Assembly: GCF_032055285.1 (NCBI RefSeq)
Contig: NZ_DAMBRE010000008.1
Location: 19,697 to 83,696 of the forward strand
DNA length: 64,000 bases
Origin: Brevundimonas sp.
Lineage (GTDB): Bacteria; Pseudomonadota; Alphaproteobacteria; Caulobacterales; Caulobacteraceae
Direction of reading: 5' to 3'
Positions 17,214 through 28,144 of the stretch are shown here, in pieces. A program made the translations under genes and the position numbers. How positions within the stretch are numbered: position 1 is the stretch's first letter; each line of letters starts with the position of its first letter. The notes below the pieces were generated by a model. It had not been told where the DNA came from, did not search any database, and was given only the letters and a program-made list of their open reading frames with translations.

Positions 17214-18292
17214 ACGCCCAACTTGGGCGCACCGCCGCCGGCCGCGTCGATGGTGGCGAACAGGGCGCGGATCAGGTCCTGTTCCTCGGACGTGATCTCG
17301 GGCTTCCACACATCGAAGATCAGAATGGTGCGGTCATGGCCGCTGTCGTTTGACGCCTCGTGCTCGATGGTGTCGTCAAAGGCCCAGGCCTGTCCCTCCC
17401 GCCATTCCCTGACCTCGCCGCCGACGCGGAAATGCGATCCGGGCGGCGCGATCAGCGGCAGGTGGCAGATAAGACGCGGATTGATCAGGCCATGGTGCGG
17501 CGGAATCTTCGCCCCGGCCTGAAGTTTTGAAAACAGGATCGAAGGCGAGCGACCCGGAATGCGGCACAGGGGCGCCTCGGCCAGAGCCTTCATCGTCTCG
17601 GGACAGCGTGCGGCGATCTCGGGAACCTCGGCCCCGTCCTTCCACAGGAAGACCGCGCTCCAGGCGGCGTTGTCCAGCATGCCGGCCTGATCGCTTTTGG
17701 GCCGGTTGGCGCGATCCTCCACATAGGGCGCGAACAGGGTCGGTTCGGCCAGAATCGCGTCCAGTTCCGCCCGGATCGCCGGAGCCGCCGTCTCGACCTT
17801 GGCCAGCCAGGCGATCGTCTCGCGCGGCTGGAACTCGATCTGCGGCAGGCCCGGAAACATGTAGAACTTGGGCTGTTGATAATAGAGCCGCCGCCTGCCT
17901 GTCATCAGGTCCAGCGAGGCGGCGAAGCGAGCGCTGGACGAGACGGGATCGAATCCCCGCGCGCCCAGGCCGTCGCGAAGCCCCTGCTCAAACCGCCGCG
18001 CACCCTCGGCCTGGGCGCGACTGGCGCGCTCCAGCTCGGCGCGCAGGTCAGGCGCCGGAGAGCTCACGGCGCGTCCCTGGGTAAGGGCCGCGCCGTAGAA
18101 GCTGACGGCTGACCGATGGTCCCCCTGCCCCATCAGGGCGTCCCCCTTCAGCACCAGCGCGCGGGGGTCGCGCGGGTTGAGACGCAGAAGAGCGTCGGCG
18201 GCCAGGGCCAGGGCGGCGATGTCCGACCGATCGCGCGCCGCCCGCGCCTGAGCCAGCAAGGCCTGGGAGTCGAAATTCAGAACATCGCTCAT
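17210..18292 (-). CDS. TPR plus aspartyl/asparaginyl beta-hydroxylase domain protein
   Basis: N-terminal TPR-like repeats, and C-terminal IPPHHGLINPRLICHLPL...DDTIEHEA (2OG-oxygenase AspH family). ATG 18292 lies inside the 18406 ORF. Confidence 0.8.
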   Translation of the reverse strand: MSDVLNFDSQALLAQARAARDRSDIAALALAADALLRLNPRDPRALVLKGDALMGQGDHRSAVSFYGAALTQGRAVSSPAPDLRAELERASRAQAEGARRFEQGLRDGLGARGFDPVSSSARFAASLDLMTGRRRLYYQQPKFYMFPGLPQIEFQPRETIAWLAKVETAAPAIRAELDAILAEPTLFAPYVEDRANRPKSDQAGMLDNAAWSAVFLWKDGAEVPEIAARCPETMKALAEAPLCRIPGRSPSILFSKLQAGAKIPPHHGLINPRLICHLPLIAPPGSHFRVGGEVREWREGQAWAFDDTIEHEASNDSGHDRTILIFDVWKPEITSEEQDLIRALFATIDAAGGGAPKLGV

Positions 18293-18344
18293 CGAGCGAT
18301 GGAACCGCGCCGCGCCAATCGGGTCAAGCGCCCCGACGCCGGGG

Positions 18345-18605
18345 CTAGGGCTTGTCGCCCGAGGCGCCTGCCTCCTTGCGGTCCAGCACGCTGGCGCTGC
18401 GGCCAAGCTCGTCGACTTCGATCTCTTCCTCCACGGGCTCGCCGTTCTCGTCGAGCGGGCGCTCTAGCGTGCCTTTCGCACCAGACTCGCCAATGGCGGC
18501 CAGTTCGCGGGCGCCGACGCCCAGGCCCTGCTCCAGGGCGCGGTTGGTTTCCACCTCTTCGGTGTCGAGGGCCGGGTCGTCCGGCAGGTCGTCGGGGTCG
18601 GCCAT
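18345..18605 (-). CDS. Small acidic hypothetical protein (86 aa)
   Basis: A strong SD (AAGGAGA) lies 6 nt upstream of ATG 18605. The protein is Asp/Glu-rich and ends 52 nt upstream of the hydroxylase gene. Confidence 0.5.
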   Translation of the reverse strand: MADPDDLPDDPALDTEEVETNRALEQGLGVGARELAAIGESGAKGTLERPLDENGEPVEEEIEVDELGRSASVLDRKEAGASGDKP

Positions 18606-18735
18606 GACGCGTCTCCTTAGCCAGCTGTCTGTCCTGACCTAAGCGGGGCGACCCGCAGAGGGTTCCGTCGCCGTTCCTTGAACCAAACCGGCGCCCGACG
18701 CGTATGTATGGCGAAGCTGAGCCGGAGACGCCCGC

Positions 18736-19533
18736 ATGTCCGTTATCGAACGCCCCACCCCGCGCCAGAGAACCCGCCGCCTGGTCGTCCTGGCCGCCGC
18801 CGTCTTCGCCGTGGCGGTCCCCGTGGTGCAAAACTTGGGCGGATTCGGCCTGTCGCAGGACGAGTTCGCGGCGGACGGGAACCAGACCCTGCAGGTGGCG
18901 GGCTACGCCTTCTCCATCTGGGGCCTGCTTTATCTCGGCCTGCTGATCTACGCCGGTCGTCAGGCCCTGCCCCAAACGGGCGAGAGCGTGCTGATCAACC
19001 GCCTGGGCTGGCCCTCGGCGGTGGCCCTGTTCGGCATCGGCATGTGGATCGTCGCCGCGGCCCTGAACCTCAAGGCGGCCAGCGTGGTCATCATCTTCGC
19101 CTCCCTGCTGGCCCTGCTGGTGCCTCTGCTGGCCATGGGCGAGACCATCCGCACGACGGGGGTGATGGAGCGGGACCGCTGGTTCCTGATCTGGCCGCTG
19201 TCGGCGCTGGCGGGATGGTTGACCATCGCCGCGCCGCTGAACCTGATCACCACGGCGACGGCATTCGACGCCCTGCCCGCCTTCGCCTCACCGACCGCCT
19301 GGGCCATCGTCGCGATCGTGGTCGTGGTCCTGGTGGCGGTCGAGGTCACCCTCTACCTGCGCACCCTGGCCTATTCCCTGCCGATTGCCTGGGGTCTGGT
19401 CGGCGCCTTCGTGGCGGAACAGGAGCGGAATCCGATGCTTGGCTTCACCGCCCTGGGCGCCGCCTTCCTGCTGGCAGTCGCCGCCGTCATCATCACATTC
19501 GGTCTGAAACGCGGTGTTGAGCGGCCCCGCTGA
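18736..19533 (+). CDS. Multi-TM membrane protein (possibly TspO/MBR-related)
   Basis: 265 aa with about 7 hydrophobic helices. The segment AGYAFSIWGLLYLGLLIY is reminiscent of TspO-like proteins, but the function is uncertain. Confidence 0.6.
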   Translation: MSVIERPTPRQRTRRLVVLAAAVFAVAVPVVQNLGGFGLSQDEFAADGNQTLQVAGYAFSIWGLLYLGLLIYAGRQALPQTGESVLINRLGWPSAVALFGIGMWIVAAALNLKAASVVIIFASLLALLVPLLAMGETIRTTGVMERDRWFLIWPLSALAGWLTIAAPLNLITTATAFDALPAFASPTAWAIVAIVVVVLVAVEVTLYLRTLAYSLPIAWGLVGAFVAEQERNPMLGFTALGAAFLLAVAAVIITFGLKRGVERPR

Positions 19534-19579
19534 ACGGACGGGCTGACAGGAGGCTCAGACCCGGCTAGAAGCCCCGCCC

Positions 19580-21789
<2,210 letters not shown>

Positions 21790-21790
<1 letters not shown>

Positions 21791-22140
21791 TGCGCCTTCG
21801 CATCGTCGCTTTCGCCGTCTGCGGTGCGGCCCTGCTGGCCGCCTGCGATTTCGAAGGCGGCGACCCGGTCCAGCACGCCCTGCGTGACGCGGCCGCCGAA
21901 CGCCAAGCCGCCGCGCTGAAGACCACCGAGGAAGAACAGGCTGCGGCGGCCAAGCGCGCCGTCTCTGCCCCCGCTAAAGGTGACGAGCTGTCGCGCCTGA
22001 TCGCCTCGCGCCGCCAGGCTGTCGAGGACACCCGCGCCCTGCTGACCGCCACCACCGACCCGGCCCTCAAGGGCCAGTTGACCGGGGACCTGAAGGCCGA
22101 AGAAGACCGGTTGCGGGCGCTTGAGGCGCGTTCAAACTAA
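21790..22140 (+). CDS. Small coiled-coil lipoprotein
   Basis: Its ATG overlaps the purL stop (TGATG). Lipobox AALLAAC, followed by an Ala/Glu-rich helix. Confidence 0.55.
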
Positions 22141-22158
22141 TCGCGTCTCTACCCCCGC

Positions 22159-22292
22159 CCGCTCATCCCCGCGGAGGCGGGGACCCAGTGAGAGCTTCAA
22201 ACGCAACAGCTTGGGTAGAAACCGGGCCTTTGTCGCCGACTGACGCGCGCATGGCCAAAGCACTGGGTCCCCGCCTCCGCGGGGATGAGCGG
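22159..22292. repeat. Family-C MITE-like element with perfect 30-bp terminal inverted repeats
   Basis: CCGCTCATCCCCGCGGAGGCGGGGACCCAG (22159-22188) is the exact reverse complement of 22263-22292; the core is 74 bp. Confidence 0.7.
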
Positions 22293-22311
22293 AATTTTGG
22301 ACCGTTCGCGC

Positions 22312-23136
22312 CTAACCGACCTGCGGGATCGCCTGGCTCAACCGTCCGCCGACGCGGATGGCTTCCACGCGCTTGGCCAGGCCGGTGCGGTCATCGGTCT
22401 CGACGAAGACGCCGCAGATGGTGGCCGGGCCGCTGGCGGGGGTGTAGCGCCCGCCGGAAAGCCGCGTGGTGAAGCGGCGCAGCGGCTCTTCCTTGTCGTT
22501 GCCGATGACCGAGTCATAGTCGCAGCAGCCGCCGGCGTCGGTCTGATAGGCCGTGCCGTGGGGCAGGATCTGCGCGTCGGCGGTCGGGACGTGGGTGTGG
22601 GTGCCGACCACCAGGCTGGCGCGGCCGTCGCAGAAGTGGCCCATGCCCATCTTCTCGCTGGTCGCCTCGGCGTGCATGTCGACGATGACGGCGTCGGCGA
22701 CCACGCCCAGAGGCGCGGCCTCCAGCTCGCGCTCGACGGCGCTAAAGGGGTCGTCCATCGGGTCCATGTGGACGCGGCCCAAGACGTTGATGACCAGAAC
22801 CCGGCGTCCGTCCTCGGTGACGAAGACGTCGGCGCCGCGGCCCGGCGCATCCATCAGGCGCGGATAGTTGGCCGGACGGATCAGGCGCGGCTCACGCACG
22901 ATATAGGTCAGGGCCTCGCGCTGATCCCAGCTGTGGTTGCCCAGTGTCAGGACGTCGGCGCCGGCAGCGAAGATCTCGCGCGCCGTGTTCTCGGTGATGC
23001 CGAAGCCGCCCGCGGCGTTCTCGGCGTTGACCACCACAAAGTCGAGCTTGAGGTCGCGCCTCAGCCCCGGAAGATGATCCGTCAAACCATCGCGCCCGGA
23101 CTTGCCGACCACGTCACCGAAAAATGCCAATCTCAT
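22312..23136 (-). CDS. YmdB-like metallophosphoesterase (TIGR00282 type)
   Basis: MRLAFFGDVVGKSGRDGL...NAENAAGGFGIT...GNHSWD. Confidence 0.85.
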   Translation of the reverse strand: MRLAFFGDVVGKSGRDGLTDHLPGLRRDLKLDFVVVNAENAAGGFGITENTAREIFAAGADVLTLGNHSWDQREALTYIVREPRLIRPANYPRLMDAPGRGADVFVTEDGRRVLVINVLGRVHMDPMDDPFSAVERELEAAPLGVVADAVIVDMHAEATSEKMGMGHFCDGRASLVVGTHTHVPTADAQILPHGTAYQTDAGGCCDYDSVIGNDKEEPLRRFTTRLSGGRYTPASGPATICGVFVETDDRTGLAKRVEAIRVGGRLSQAIPQVG

Positions 23137-23678
23137 AGGGCGGCTCTATAGCCCTTCTCGGTCAAAACGCCATGCAGGCGCATGTCGTGGGCCTCCAGCG
23201 CCAGTCGCTCGACCTGCTGCCCAGCGTAGGCGAAGCCCACGCGCACGGCGTCCGGCAGGACGGCGAAGGTCCGGTCGTAATAGCCTCCGCCCTGCCCCAG
23301 CCGCCCGCCGTGGGCGTCGAAGGCCAGCAGCGGCGTCAGGATCAGATCGGGCGTCACAGTCTCCGCCAGCGGCAGAGGCGCGGGGCATCCGGCGGCGTCC
23401 AGTTCCAGCGGCTCGCCCGGTGCCCAGGAGCGAAAGATCATGGCCGCGTCGCGCTGGATGACCACCGGCAGGCACAGGCGACGCTCCGCCTGATGCAGGG
23501 CGACCGCCAGGGCGTCCGTGTCCAGCTCCGACCCCATGGCGCGATAGAGGGCGACGGTCTGGCCCGACGGCAGGGCTTCGGCATGCCCGGCGGCGCGCTC
23601 GGCGGCTTCGTTGTCGACCTCGGAAAGCCGCTTGCGCAAGGCGCGCATGGAGGCGCGGAGTTCGTGTTTGGAGGTCAT
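23133..23678 (-). CDS. 5-formyltetrahydrofolate cyclo-ligase
   Basis: The MTHFS pattern (ELDT..., GGGYYDR) is present. Its stop overlaps the ymdB-like ATG (ATGA). It lies downstream of zapA and 6S, as in the enterobacterial zapA-ssrS-ygfA arrangement. Confidence 0.85.
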   Translation of the reverse strand: MTSKHELRASMRALRKRLSEVDNEAAERAAGHAEALPSGQTVALYRAMGSELDTDALAVALHQAERRLCLPVVIQRDAAMIFRSWAPGEPLELDAAGCPAPLPLAETVTPDLILTPLLAFDAHGGRLGQGGGYYDRTFAVLPDAVRVGFAYAGQQVERLALEAHDMRLHGVLTEKGYRAAL

Positions 23679-23694
23679 CACGCTTCACCCTTCC

Positions 23695-23800
23695 CGTCAT
23701 CCTCGGGCTTGACCCGAGGATCGAGCCCGCCCGCGCGTTCTAGGCCAGACAAGTCGTGCGGTCGCCCAACCCGATCCTCGGGTCAAGCCCGAGGATGACG
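23695..23800. repeat. Family-C-like element with perfect 29-bp terminal inverted repeats
   Basis: CGTCATCCTCGGGCTTGACCCGAGGATCG (23695-23723) is the exact reverse complement of 23772-23800; each arm is itself a hairpin. Confidence 0.65.
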
Positions 23801-23877
23801 TAGACAAGGGAGCAATAGCGCAGAAATGCGCTCAAGCCGCGAGCGACCGCGTCGCGAGCATAGCGCACTAAGGAAGA

Positions 23878-24056
23878 TGGGGTGGCGGCGCCGCGTGAAC
23901 CGTGAGGACGGTTTAAATCCTCTCGACCTGGGTAGCCAGGTGGGCTCCGTATGCCCAGGCCCTCGAGCCCGGACAGGGACAGATCCCTATGAGTGAATTA
24001 AGGTCAGAAGGATATGTTGTCTTCGACGTGAGCCGCAGCAGGACCCGCCGTCGAAC
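23878..24056 (-). ncRNA. ssrS: 6S RNA (approximate ends)
   Basis: About 180 nt of non-coding sequence between zapA and the MTHFS gene, on the same strand. The 5' GGCGGGUCCUGCUGCGGCUCACGUCGAAGAC can pair imperfectly with the 3' GUCCUCACGGUUCACGCGGCGCCGCC. The inner helix is CCUUCUGACC/GGUCGAGAGG, with unpaired tracts between them as in the 6S central bubble. Confidence 0.55.
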
Positions 24057-24100
24057 AAGATAGGCGGTCCAGGGCGTTTCAACAATGGCGGATCGCCGCG

Positions 24101-24197
24101 CGTCATCCCGGAAAGCGCGCAGCGCTTATCCGGGACCGCAGAAAACGCAGCGTCCTGGGCGGTCCCGGCTCTTCGCTACGCTGCGGCCGGGATGACG
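24101..24197. repeat. Inverted-repeat element (CGTCATCCCGG ... CCGGGATGACG)
   Basis: The terminal 11-bp inverted repeats enclose the internal pair ATCCGGGACCGC / GCGGTCCCGG. Confidence 0.5.
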
Positions 24198-24208
24198 GAA
24201 GGCGACGA

Positions 24209-24547
24209 TCAGATTGTCTGGCAAATCTTCTCGATGCGGGCCGCCACTGCGTTCAGGGCCTCGGCCACGCCGTCGCCGGGCGGGGGCGGCGGGGCCTTCT
24301 TCGGGCCGGTCTCGACCGCGGAGCCCTGCCCGTTCTCCAGCCGCTGACGCGCCTCGTGCAGTTCGTCGGCCAGCATCAGCGAGGCCATCAGGAACAGGCG
24401 CAGGTCGCCGACATGGCCGACGTCACCGGCGATCTGGCGCACATGGCTGTCGAACTGACGCGCCAGAATAGCGACGCGCTCTTCCTGGCCGTCGGCGCAA
24501 CCGACGGCGTAGGAGCGGCCGTTGACCTCGACTGTAACGGTCGCCAT
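24209..24547 (-). CDS. zapA: Cell division protein ZapA
   Basis: MATVTVEVNGRSYAVGCADGQEERVAILARQFDSHV...LRLFLMASLMLADEL. Confidence 0.9.
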   Translation of the reverse strand: MATVTVEVNGRSYAVGCADGQEERVAILARQFDSHVRQIAGDVGHVGDLRLFLMASLMLADELHEARQRLENGQGSAVETGPKKAPPPPPGDGVAEALNAVAARIEKICQTI

Positions 24548-24804
24548 CAGCGCGCCTCCTGCTCGGCCAGAACCTCGCGCACGGCCTCGGCCGCGCGGCC
24601 CAGGGCCTCGGCGGCGTCGCGGCCAGCGGCTTCCAGTTCGGTGATCCGCACCAGGTCGGCGGCGTTCGACGGTCGCGGCGCGAACAGGTCGTCGTCGGTG
24701 ATGGCGGGGGCGGTGGCCGGACGCGCCTTCAGCTCCAGCACCCTGCGTTCCAGCAGGGCCAGGGCCTTGTCGATGCGTGTCTTTGCGGCCGTAACGGCGT
24801 CCAT
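24547..24804 (-). CDS. DUF4164-type coiled-coil protein (ZauP-like ZapA partner)
   Basis: An 85-aa coiled coil, MDAVTAAKTRIDKALALLERRVLELK..., whose stop overlaps the zapA ATG. ATG 24804 lies inside the long spurious 25365 ORF. Confidence 0.6.
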   Translation of the reverse strand: MDAVTAAKTRIDKALALLERRVLELKARPATAPAITDDDLFAPRPSNAADLVRITELEAAGRDAAEALGRAAEAVREVLAEQEAR

Positions 24805-24903
24805 TGGGGTCCTTTCGTCCAGATTCCGTATAGAACCTGTGCGCGCGTCGGGGTAAAGGCGGCGCGCCCCCGCTTTATCCTGTTCCTGAGGAAAGGTCTC
24901 GCC

Positions 24904-26898
24904 GTGACCGACGCCCAAGCCGCATTCGCCAAGCCTTCGCCCAAGCAGATGGCCGACGCCATCCGGGTGCTGTCCATGGATGCGGTCGAAAAGGCCAAGA
25001 GCGGCCACCCCGGCATGCCGATGGGCATGGCCGACGTCGCCACCGTCCTTTATTCGAAATTCCTGAAGTTCGACGCCAGCCGCCCCGACTGGGCCGACCG
25101 CGACCGCTTCATCCTGTCGGCCGGTCACGGCTCCATGCTGATCTACAGCCTGCTGCACCTGACGGGTTACAAGGACGCGACGCGCGAACAGCTGGAAAAC
25201 TTCCGTCAGTGGGGCTTCAAGACCGCCGGCCATCCGGAATACGGCCACATGGCGGGGATCGAGACGACCACCGGCCCGCTGGGTCAGGGTCTGGCCACCT
25301 CGGTCGGCTTCGCCCTGGCGGAGCGGCATTTGGCGGCGCGCTTCGGCAAGGATCTGGTCGACCACCGCACCTGGGTCGTCGCCGGCGACGGCTGCCTGAT
25401 GGAAGGCGTGTCGCAGGAGGCGATTGCGCTGGCGGGCCGCCTGAAGCTGAACAAGCTGTGCGTCCTGTGGGACGACAACGAGATCACCATCGACGGCAAG
25501 GTCTCGCTGTCGGACGCCACCGACCAGCTGGCCCGCTTCAAGGCCTCAGGCTGGGCGGTCAAGGCCATTGACGGCCACGACTACAAGCAGATCCAGAAGG
25601 CCCTGGCCTGGGCGACCAAGCAGGACAAGCCGACGCTGATCGCCTGCAAGACCAAGATCGGCAAGGGCGCCGCCACCATGGAAGGCAGCCACAAGACCCA
25701 CGGCGCGGCCCTGGGCGCCACCGAGATCGCCGCCACCCGTCAGGCCTTGCACTGGCCGTTCGAGCCGTTCGAACTGCCCGAAGGCGTGCAGAAGGCCTGG
25801 GCCAAGGTCGGCAAGCAGGGCGGCAAGGCCCGCAAGGCGTGGGAAGGCCGCCTGCTGAACCACGACCAGCGCGACGACTTCACCCGCGCCATGGCCGGCG
25901 ACCTGCCCACCGGCGCCTTCGAGACGCTTGAAGCCAAGCTGAAGTCTCTGGTCGTCGACAAGCCCGCCCTGGCCACCCGCCAGTCCTCGGGCGAGGCGCT
26001 GGAGACGGTGTTCAACGCCATCCCCGAAATGGTCGGCGGTTCGGCCGACCTGACCGGCTCGAACAACACCTTCGTCAAGAACACCCAGATCATGGACGCG
26101 CCGGACTATGCCGGCCGCTACCTGAACTACGGCATCCGCGAGTTCGGCATGGCCGCGGCGATGAACGGTCTGGCGCTGCACGGCGGGGTCATCCCCTACG
26201 GCGGCACCTTCATGGCCTTCGCGGACTACAGCCGTCCGGCGATCCGTCTGGGCGCCCTGATGGGCGTGCGCGCGATCCACGTCTTGACGCACGACAGCAT
26301 CGGCCTGGGCGAAGACGGCCCGACGCACCAGCCGGTCGAGCATCTGGCCGCCCTGCGCGCCATCCCCAACCTGCTGACCATGCGCCCCGCCGATACGGTC
26401 GAAGCGCTGGAGTGCTGGCAGGTCGCCCTGCAGCACAAGACCACGCCGACCGCCATGTGCCTGTCGCGTCAGAAGACCCCCGCCGTGCGCGTCACTGACG
26501 CAGGCGAGAACCTGTCCCGCAAGGGCGCCTATGAGCTGAAGGCCGCCAACGGCGCAGCGAAAGTCACCCTGTTCGGCACCGGCACCGAGGTCGCTTTGGC
26601 GCTCAAGGCCGCCGAGACGCTGGAGGCCGAAGGCGTGCCCACCCGCGTGGTGTCGGTTCCCTGCTTCGCCCTGTTCGAGCAGCAGCCCAAGGCCTATCAG
26701 GACGCCGTCATCGGTCGCGGCACGGTCCGCGTCGCCGTCGAGGCCGCGATCAAGCAGGGCTGGGAACGCTTCATCGGCGAGGACGGCGGCTTTGTCGGCA
26801 TGACCGGCTTCGGCGCCTCGGCCCCGGCCGAAGTCCTCTACCGCGAGTTCGGCATCACCGCCGAGGCCGTGGTCGAAGCCGCCAAGGCCCGACTGTAA
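24904..26898 (+). CDS. tkt: Transketolase
   Basis: 664 aa, SGHPGMPMGMADV and GEDGPTHQPVEHL motifs; GTG start. Confidence 0.95.
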   Translation: MTDAQAAFAKPSPKQMADAIRVLSMDAVEKAKSGHPGMPMGMADVATVLYSKFLKFDASRPDWADRDRFILSAGHGSMLIYSLLHLTGYKDATREQLENFRQWGFKTAGHPEYGHMAGIETTTGPLGQGLATSVGFALAERHLAARFGKDLVDHRTWVVAGDGCLMEGVSQEAIALAGRLKLNKLCVLWDDNEITIDGKVSLSDATDQLARFKASGWAVKAIDGHDYKQIQKALAWATKQDKPTLIACKTKIGKGAATMEGSHKTHGAALGATEIAATRQALHWPFEPFELPEGVQKAWAKVGKQGGKARKAWEGRLLNHDQRDDFTRAMAGDLPTGAFETLEAKLKSLVVDKPALATRQSSGEALETVFNAIPEMVGGSADLTGSNNTFVKNTQIMDAPDYAGRYLNYGIREFGMAAAMNGLALHGGVIPYGGTFMAFADYSRPAIRLGALMGVRAIHVLTHDSIGLGEDGPTHQPVEHLAALRAIPNLLTMRPADTVEALECWQVALQHKTTPTAMCLSRQKTPAVRVTDAGENLSRKGAYELKAANGAAKVTLFGTGTEVALALKAAETLEAEGVPTRVVSVPCFALFEQQPKAYQDAVIGRGTVRVAVEAAIKQGWERFIGEDGGFVGMTGFGASAPAEVLYREFGITAEAVVEAAKARL

Positions 26899-26903
26899 GC
26901 CTC

Positions 26904-27752
26904 ATGCGCCGCCTCGCCCTCGTCCTGAGCCTCGGCTTGTCGATGGCGGGCGGCGCAACCGCTCTCGCCGCATCGGCCGAGGACGCGCCCGCCGTCGCCG
27001 GGACGCCCATCGTCATCGGCCAGTCCTACGCCCTGCCCTCGGCCATCATGGGCCAGACGCGCGAGATCAACGTCTGGCTGCCGCCCGGCTATGCCGAAAG
27101 CGGCCAGACCTATCCGGTCCTCTATGTGCTGGACGGCGGTCAGGATCAGGACTTCCACCACATCTCGGGCATCGCCCAGCTGGGGACCATCGTCGGCACG
27201 ACGCGCGACGTCATCGTCGTGGGCATCGCCTCGGTCGACCGCCGTAACGAGCTGGCCCTGCCGACCGAGAACGCCGAGCTGATCGCCCGCTATCCGACGC
27301 AGGGGCAGTCCGGCCGCTTCCGCCGTTTCGTCTCCGACGAAGTCATGCCCTTCATCGAGGGCCGCTTCCGCACCAATGGCGAGACGGCCCTGATGGGCGA
27401 GTCGCTCGCCGGGCTCTTCGTGGTCGAGACCTTCCTGAAAGAGCCGCAGATGTTCGACGCCTATGTCGCCGTCAGCCCCAGCCTGTGGTGGGACGGCGGC
27501 CAGCTGGCGCGGCAGTCGGGGGCGCATCTGCGCGATCATTCCAACGACCCGCGCACCCTGATCCTGACGCTCGGCGACGAGGGCGAGATGATGCAGGCGC
27601 CGATGGACGTGCTGACCGCCAATCTGCGCGACCACGCCCTGCCCGGCGTCAAATGGGACTTCACCCCGCGCCCGACCGAAAGCCACGCCACTATCTATCA
27701 CGGCGCCGCGCTGGACGCCTTTCGCCGCCTCTATGCGGTTCCTGCACAATGA
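26904..27752 (+). CDS. Secreted alpha/beta hydrolase (putative esterase family)
   Basis: Signal peptide, YPVLYVLDGGQDQDF, and nucleophile elbow GESLAG. Confidence 0.75.
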   Translation: MRRLALVLSLGLSMAGGATALAASAEDAPAVAGTPIVIGQSYALPSAIMGQTREINVWLPPGYAESGQTYPVLYVLDGGQDQDFHHISGIAQLGTIVGTTRDVIVVGIASVDRRNELALPTENAELIARYPTQGQSGRFRRFVSDEVMPFIEGRFRTNGETALMGESLAGLFVVETFLKEPQMFDAYVAVSPSLWWDGGQLARQSGAHLRDHSNDPRTLILTLGDEGEMMQAPMDVLTANLRDHALPGVKWDFTPRPTESHATIYHGAALDAFRRLYAVPAQ

Positions 27753-28141
27753 GCCATCTGGGCGCCGTCAGCCTGCTGGTCCGCGACTATGACGAGGCCA
27801 TCGCCTTCTACGTCGGCAAGCTGGGCTTCGACCTCAGCGAGGATACGGACATGGGCGGCGGCAAGCGCTGGGTCCGCGTCACGCCCAAAGGCGGCCAGAC
27901 CTCGCTGCTGCTGGCCCGCGCCGCGACGCCGGAACAGGTCGCACGGATCGGCGATCAGGCGGGCGGCCGCGTCTGGCTGTTCCTCTATACCGACGACCTG
28001 ATGCGCGATCACGCCGCCTGGCTGGAGGCCGGCGTCGTCTTCCGCGAAACGCCCCGTCACGAGGCCTATGGCAAGGTGGTGGTCTTCGAAGACCTCTACG
28101 GCAACGCCTGGGACTTGATCGAACCCGCTACCGGAGCCTGA
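27749..28141 (+). CDS. VOC/glyoxalase family protein
   Basis: 130 aa, MSHLGAVSLLVRDYDEAIAFYVGKLGF...VVFEDLYGNAWDLIE. Its ATG overlaps the upstream stop (ATGA). Confidence 0.8.
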   Translation: MSHLGAVSLLVRDYDEAIAFYVGKLGFDLSEDTDMGGGKRWVRVTPKGGQTSLLLARAATPEQVARIGDQAGGRVWLFLYTDDLMRDHAAWLEAGVVFRETPRHEAYGKVVVFEDLYGNAWDLIEPATGA

Positions 28142-28144
28142 GCC

